From an uncultured Acidimicrobiales bacterium (GTDB taxonomy: Bacteria; Actinomycetota; Acidimicrobiia; Acidimicrobiales; RAAP-2), in contig CAWGQC010000002.1 in NCBI GenBank assembly GCA_963824645.1, positions 6,628 through 70,627 on the forward strand: DNA of 64,000 bases, read 5' to 3'. Positions 59,583-64,000 of the stretch are shown piece by piece; position 1 is the first letter of the stretch; every line of letters starts with the position of its first letter. Position numbers and translations under genes: made by a program. The notes beneath the pieces were generated by a model. That model was not told where the DNA came from and made no database searches. It saw nothing but the letters and a program-made list of their open reading frames with translations.

Positions 59583-59714
59583 AGGCCGGACCACCCTTCC
59601 CGGTGCCCGGCTGGGGCGTTGAATGCACAGATGTGGGGTCCACCCAACCAAAGAGAGTGAGAGCGCGTCCCTGTCGGGCGCGTGCTCTGACCGACCAAGG
59701 AAAGGTCACCCACA

Positions 59715-60980
59715 GTGTTTTCAGCGACTTCGCGTCGTCATATCCCTATGCGCTCATCCGTGGCGCCCGCTTCCCGCAACACCGAGGCTCCCGTACCCCG
59801 CCGACCCAGCGCTGCCCGGCGCATCTTCAGGACGGCGCTAATGGGTACGGCCGCCGTCACCATGTTCGTGGTGGTCTACGCCGGCGGTCACGTGTCGACG
59901 GCCTCGGCCACCATGCCCACGGGGGCCGGGTTGGTGCTCAACGCACCGATCGTCAGTGCCGCCTCCACCCCGAACGGCCGCGGCTACTGGGAGAGCGGCT
60001 CCGACGGCGGCATTTTCACCTTCGGCGACGCTCCGTTCTACGGATCGACCGCCTCCCTACGACTCAACCGACCCATCGTCGACATCGTCGCCACCCCGGA
60101 CGGCCGGGGCTACTGGGAGGTGGCCAGCGACGGCGGTGTGTTCGCCTTCGGCGACGCCCCATTCCACGGTTCGACCGGTTCACTGGTCTTGGTCCGTCCC
60201 ATCGTCGGTATCGTCCCGACGCCAGACGGTGGCGGCTACTGGATGGTGGCATCGGACGGGGGTGTCTTCGCCTTCGGTGACGCCTCCTTCTACGGTTCAG
60301 CCAGCACGCTGTCGCCCACCAGTCCCGTTGTCGGTATGGCTTCGACTCCTGACGGGCACGGCTACTGGGAAGCGGCCGCCAACGGCGCCGTGTTCGCCTT
60401 CGGGGACGCCCGATTTGCCGGTGTGGCGCCGGCCGGCGCGCCGGTGGTGGGCATCAACGCCGCCGAGCAGGGCTACCGGCTGGCCACCAGCGACGGCTCC
60501 GTCTATGCCTTCGGAGGGGCGACCTTCTTGGGCTCCACCGGTGGTCGCAATCTCAACCGACCGGTGATCGGGCTGTCGTCAGCCCGACGCGGCTACCTGA
60601 CGGTTGCCTCCGACGGGGGTGTCTTCACCTTCGGCGACGTCGGCTACTACGGCTCGTTGGCCGGCAGCACGGTGGCCAGTGCGGCCGGACAGCCGGGTGC
60701 CACCACCAGCGACGGAGTCACCAACTACCAGCGAGCCGCCTGGGAACGGGTGAACATGTGCGAGGAAGGGGGCGTTTGGAACAGGGACGGGCCCGTCTAC
60801 AGCGGCGGCCTGGGCTTCAGCCATGCCAACTGGGACGCCTTCAACACCTTCGGTTATCCGTCGGACGCCGCCGATGCCACGCCCGAGGAACAGATCCGGG
60901 TGGCCGTCGCCTTCGCCACCCGCTATTGGGGCAACCCCAACGCCGCTCCCGATCAGAACGGCTGTGCCGGGGGCTACTGA
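59715..60980 (+). CDS. Secreted protein: six propeller-like repeats of about 41 aa plus a C-terminal Rpf-type (resuscitation-promoting factor) transglycosylase-like domain
   Basis: Signal/TM region RRIFRTALMGTAAVTMFVVVYAGG. Six repeats of P(I/V)VG(I/M)xxTPDGxGYWxVASDGGVFAFGDAxFYGS. The C-terminus AAWERVNMCEEGGVWNRDG…YSGGLGFSHANWDAF…PEEQIRVAVAF…NGC fits the Rpf pattern (catalytic Glu after the Cys, second Cys at the end). Confidence 0.8.
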   Translation: MFSATSRRHIPMRSSVAPASRNTEAPVPRRPSAARRIFRTALMGTAAVTMFVVVYAGGHVSTASATMPTGAGLVLNAPIVSAASTPNGRGYWESGSDGGIFTFGDAPFYGSTASLRLNRPIVDIVATPDGRGYWEVASDGGVFAFGDAPFHGSTGSLVLVRPIVGIVPTPDGGGYWMVASDGGVFAFGDASFYGSASTLSPTSPVVGMASTPDGHGYWEAAANGAVFAFGDARFAGVAPAGAPVVGINAAEQGYRLATSDGSVYAFGGATFLGSTGGRNLNRPVIGLSSARRGYLTVASDGGVFTFGDVGYYGSLAGSTVASAAGQPGATTSDGVTNYQRAAWERVNMCEEGGVWNRDGPVYSGGLGFSHANWDAFNTFGYPSDAADATPEEQIRVAVAFATRYWGNPNAAPDQNGCAGGY

Positions 60981-61020
60981 GCCGATGTCCGCCCTTCGCG
61001 CCGACTGACCCCCCCTCCGA

Positions 61021-62547
61021 TCAGGGTGTGGGCAGCGGCGAGAAGGGTTGGACAGTGACCCAACAGGTCCCTTGCGCCTTGCTCTGCGACGTCAACTGGC
61101 AGGCGGACGAGGGAGGCACGTTGTTCCGGAGCTTGACGATCTTGTATTCGGTGGGTCCGTAACGCTTGTCCGGTCCGTAGCTGAGGATGGGTGTCGACGT
61201 CCCCGGGAAGTTGGTGATCTTGGACATGGCGGTCACGAAGCTGCGTCGGTTGAGATCATGGCCGGCGTTGCGAGCAGCGGTGGCGAACAGGGAGATGACC
61301 TGGCACCAGAGCACCACAGGGCCCTGCTGCTCGAGAAAGTCGGTGGTCGCTCCGGCCGGGATCTGGGGATAGGCCTTGTGCCAGGGCGTCCAGCAGGCCT
61401 TGACACCGGCGTCGTAGCCGAGCGGACCCGTGTAGTTGGAGGGGTTGGTACCCCCTCCGAGGGTCTGGGTGGTCAGACCCTCCTGGCCGTCGAGGGCGGC
61501 CTCGTAGGGAATGGGGATGAGACCGAGCGCCGCCACGATGCTCTCCTCGTAGTCGCTGAGCAGGAGCTTGGGGTAGTACTTCTGCGCCGTCTCCGCCTGC
61601 AGGACCGGGTAGAACACGTTGAAGGGGATGAGGGGGATCATCGATGTCACCCCGGCGCTGCGGAGTTGCTGGACGACGAGCGGTGCTTGCGCATCGGTGG
61701 TGGCCGTCTCCGACGGGTCCGAGGCGATGGTCTTGACCACCGGGGTAATTCCGGCATTCCGGAGGTCGGGCAACAGATAGTCGTTGAGGGCCAGTTGGTC
61801 CGAGGACCGGTCGCCGACGAGGACGCCCACCTTGGTCGACCCCCCCAGGAGGTGTGCGCTGAGGCCCCAGTTGACCACCGCCTGGAGAATGACGGCCTGG
61901 TCGGGTCCGGTCCACCACAGGTAGGGCGACCCTTCGTTGGTCCAGTTGGTGACCGTGGTCCACTGCCCGATGAACGGGGTGTGTCCCTCTTGGGTGATGC
62001 ACAGCTGATCGTCGCCGGTCCAGTCGCCCACCCCGTCGAGCACGGCGAAGGCCGCCGGGGATCCTTCGGTCCATGTCTTGCACAGGGCCCGCATGTCGGC
62101 TTCGTTGGTCGGATCGAAGTTCACCACGATGGGGTTGATCTTGCGGCCGTTGATCCCTCCCGCTTTGTTGATCTGGCCCACGTAGAAGTCGATGGCCTTG
62201 GTCTGTTCGCCGTATTCGGGATCCTCGGCAAAACCCTCCTGACCGGCCAACGAGTTGAGCGACACAACCGGGAACACCACATTGATGGTGTTGCCGGCGA
62301 CTCCGCGGGTCGATGTACTGGCGCTGCTCACCGGCGACGGTTTGGACCCCGATTGCCCCGTCGATCCGGTCGACGCCGAGGTGGTCGATGATGCCGAGGT
62401 GGCCGAAGACCCACAGGCGGCCACGCACACCAACAACGCCGCCATCACCACGGTCAAGCCCAGGCGCGTGTGGAGCGAGGGTCCTCCTGCCGGGGGCCTG
62501 CCGTCAGCCCGCGCCCCTTCGAGACCCAACCGGTTAGGCGAGCTCAT
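61021..62547 (-). CDS. ABC-transporter substrate-binding lipoprotein (type I periplasmic binding fold, LivJ-like)
   Basis: Lipobox LLVCVAAC and a Ser/Thr-rich linker, followed by a domain of about 400 aa. I saw no permease or ATPase genes adjacent. Confidence 0.65.
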   Translation of the reverse strand: MSSPNRLGLEGARADGRPPAGGPSLHTRLGLTVVMAALLVCVAACGSSATSASSTTSASTGSTGQSGSKPSPVSSASTSTRGVAGNTINVVFPVVSLNSLAGQEGFAEDPEYGEQTKAIDFYVGQINKAGGINGRKINPIVVNFDPTNEADMRALCKTWTEGSPAAFAVLDGVGDWTGDDQLCITQEGHTPFIGQWTTVTNWTNEGSPYLWWTGPDQAVILQAVVNWGLSAHLLGGSTKVGVLVGDRSSDQLALNDYLLPDLRNAGITPVVKTIASDPSETATTDAQAPLVVQQLRSAGVTSMIPLIPFNVFYPVLQAETAQKYYPKLLLSDYEESIVAALGLIPIPYEAALDGQEGLTTQTLGGGTNPSNYTGPLGYDAGVKACWTPWHKAYPQIPAGATTDFLEQQGPVVLWCQVISLFATAARNAGHDLNRRSFVTAMSKITNFPGTSTPILSYGPDKRYGPTEYKIVKLRNNVPPSSACQLTSQSKAQGTCWVTVQPFSPLPTP

Positions 62548-62655
62548 GTCGTCGCTCCTTGGTGCCCCCCAATGTCCGCACCGACCGGGGAGGAATCTAC
62601 CGACTCAGCGACCGGCTGTCACAACGGCGAACAGGGTGCCTCCGACCGGGACCCC

Positions 62656-63009
62656 TCACTCGTCCCCGGGACCCTTCGCACCGGGAGGCGGATCACTGCC
62701 GGGGACATCCCCATCGGAGATGTGCTCCGTCCACTCGGTCCCCGACCAGAACCGCTTCTCATGGCGGAAGAAAGGATCGGTGAACCATCCGGGCGGAGTG
62801 CCGCTGGACGTACCGGTCGGCGCCGAACCGTTGGCGCCGGCCCCCGGCGGAGGGGGTCGGGGCACGCCCATCTGGTCGGCAGTGAACCCACTCCCCGGAA
62901 GACGACCACCCGATCGCTGCCCACGCCGACGCTGTGAGGACAGGGCCCGCATGGCAAACATGGCGCCGAAGACGACGACGGCGATCCACGAGGCATGTCC
63001 GTAATACAC
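62656..63009 (-). CDS. DUF2510-domain membrane-anchored protein
   Basis: N-terminal TM WIAVVVFGAMFAM, a Pro/Gly linker, then PPGWFTDPFFRHEKRFWSGTEWTEHI (the GWxxDP…RxWxGxxWT motif). Confidence 0.65.
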   Translation of the reverse strand: MYYGHASWIAVVVFGAMFAMRALSSQRRRGQRSGGRLPGSGFTADQMGVPRPPPPGAGANGSAPTGTSSGTPPGWFTDPFFRHEKRFWSGTEWTEHISDGDVPGSDPPPGAKGPGDE

Positions 63010-63188
63010 GCAAGGAGTCTATGGCCCGTCCCTCCAGTTTGACCGGCGGCCATCAGCTTGAATCGGGCTACCGCCGGCGGTAGTGGCGTGGGCGTCGCAA
63101 GACGGCTCCCCCCGTTCCGGCCGGCCAGACCGAGCCCGACGCCATCAAGGTCGCCTTCGACTTCCGGTCAGCCCGCCGCCGGCGAGAC

Positions 63189-63647
63189 TCAAGTCGTCGG
63201 ATGCTCGGCGATGTGTTGGAGCTCGATCAGCAACGGGATGAGAAAGCCGACATAGGCATTGGTCAGCGTGAAATCCGAGGTGGAGCCGTGGGTCACCATC
63301 TCGCTACGGCCGATGATGGTGACCCGGTCGTCCTTCCGCTGGTAGGCCCGGGCCCGGTCGACAATGGCGACCAGTTCCTCGACCGAAGGGACCTCGAGGC
63401 CGAAATGGTCGAGCGACGGGGCGCGCAGGTAATCGTCGGTGGACGGCAGCAGATAGAGGTACTGGCGCATCTGCCCGGTATAGAGGATGAGAGGGTTTCC
63501 CTTCTCGGTGCTGTTGTCCCCCTCGGTCCAGCCGAAGACCTCGCCGGCGAAATCGATGAAGGCGGCCCGGCCGGCGTCATCGAGGACGGCCGCATCGACG
63601 CTGATGGCGATGTGGTTGATGACCGGTCGCGCCGGCTCAGCGGTCAC
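63189..63647 (-). CDS. VOC (glyoxalase/bleomycin-resistance/dioxygenase) family protein
   Basis: 152 aa with INHIAISVD…LDHFGLEV… paired beta-alpha-beta-beta-beta pattern. Confidence 0.55.
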   Translation of the reverse strand: MTAEPARPVINHIAISVDAAVLDDAGRAAFIDFAGEVFGWTEGDNSTEKGNPLILYTGQMRQYLYLLPSTDDYLRAPSLDHFGLEVPSVEELVAIVDRARAYQRKDDRVTIIGRSEMVTHGSTSDFTLTNAYVGFLIPLLIELQHIAEHPTT

Positions 63648-63663
63648 GGTTTGCTCCTCCCCC

Positions 63664-64000
63664 TCAGCCCGCCGCGTCGACCGTGACCTCGGTGATCCAG
63701 TCCAGGTAGGGGACCGAAGCTTGGACCACGGGCAGGACGATCACCTCGGGGGTCTCGTAGGGGTGGTCCCCGACGATCACGTCGATGACCTGCTCGGCCA
63801 GCTCAGCGCGGGTCTTGAGCAGCACCAGGCACTCCTCCGCCTGCTCGAGCACCCCTTTCCACCGGTAGTGGCTGATGACAGGGGCGGTTCTCTGGCCACA
63901 GGCCACCAGGTGCCGGGCGAGGAGCGTGGCCACGATGGCGTCGGCCTGGATCGGATCGTCCAGCGCGAACTGGATCTGTACGTAGCCGCCGTCTCCGCTC
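63664..64000 (-). CDS. cutA: Divalent-cation tolerance protein CutA; the 5' end is probably beyond the window edge
   Basis: …YVQIQFALDDPIQADAIVATLLARHLVACGQRTAPVISHYRWKGVLEQAEECLVLLKTRAELAEQVIDVIVGDHPYETPEVIVLPV…YLDWI. The frame stays open to position 64000. Confidence 0.8.
   Translation of the reverse strand, partial: SGDGGYVQIQFALDDPIQADAIVATLLARHLVACGQRTAPVISHYRWKGVLEQAEECLVLLKTRAELAEQVIDVIVGDHPYETPEVIVLPVVQASVPYLDWITEVTVDAAG

Overview
High-GC (roughly two-thirds G+C by eye) actinobacterial chromosomal core region. Family markers are HspR, an Rpf domain, ClpS-DUF2017, an F420-type LLM oxidoreductase, a MenJ-like reductase and a tRNA Glu-Asp-Phe cluster. I saw no rRNA, CRISPR array, transposase, integrase or phage genes. 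Left to right the window holds: (1) heme A synthesis (ctaB/ctaA) with a TlpA-like thioredoxin; (2) clpS-DUF2017 and three tRNAs; (3) a few accessory enzymes (serine hydrolase, APH(6)-like kinase, HAD, PadR plus ferredoxin); (4) a long minus-strand purine block, pyrE-purM-purF ... purL ... purQ-purS-purC-purB-purD-purA; (5) a contiguous dnaK-grpE-dnaJ-hspR-clpB heat-shock operon; (6) gpmA and a glnK-amtB nitrogen unit; (7) membrane and cNMP-binding proteins, a large membrane Fe-S oxidoreductase and dcd; (8) a TetR gene; (9) a quinone or aromatic-lipid cluster (CrtI-like, MenJ-like, UbiE-like, membrane protein, chorismate-lyase-like); (10) cell-wall and DNA-repair genes (Ldt, UDG-like, aidB); (11) assorted metabolic genes; (12) two internally repetitive secreted proteins, one carrying an Rpf domain behind a 640-nt leader. 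I found no convincing new multi-gene system such as a defence island. The points worth a second look are listed here. Six single-nucleotide frame breaks all lie in the second half of the window (three in amtB, one each in gpmA, tetR and an adh), so this is either gene decay or local assembly error. There is a candidate c-di-AMP (ydaO-type) riboswitch upstream of the Rpf gene. A compositionally atypical opposite-strand insert sits between purL and purQ. In-frame tandem repeats add low-complexity tails to PurM, PurS and PurD. A translationally coupled methyltransferase / membrane protein / chorismate-lyase-like operon is present. Two propeller-like repeat proteins are present. All family calls come from reading the translated ORFs by eye; no database search was run.
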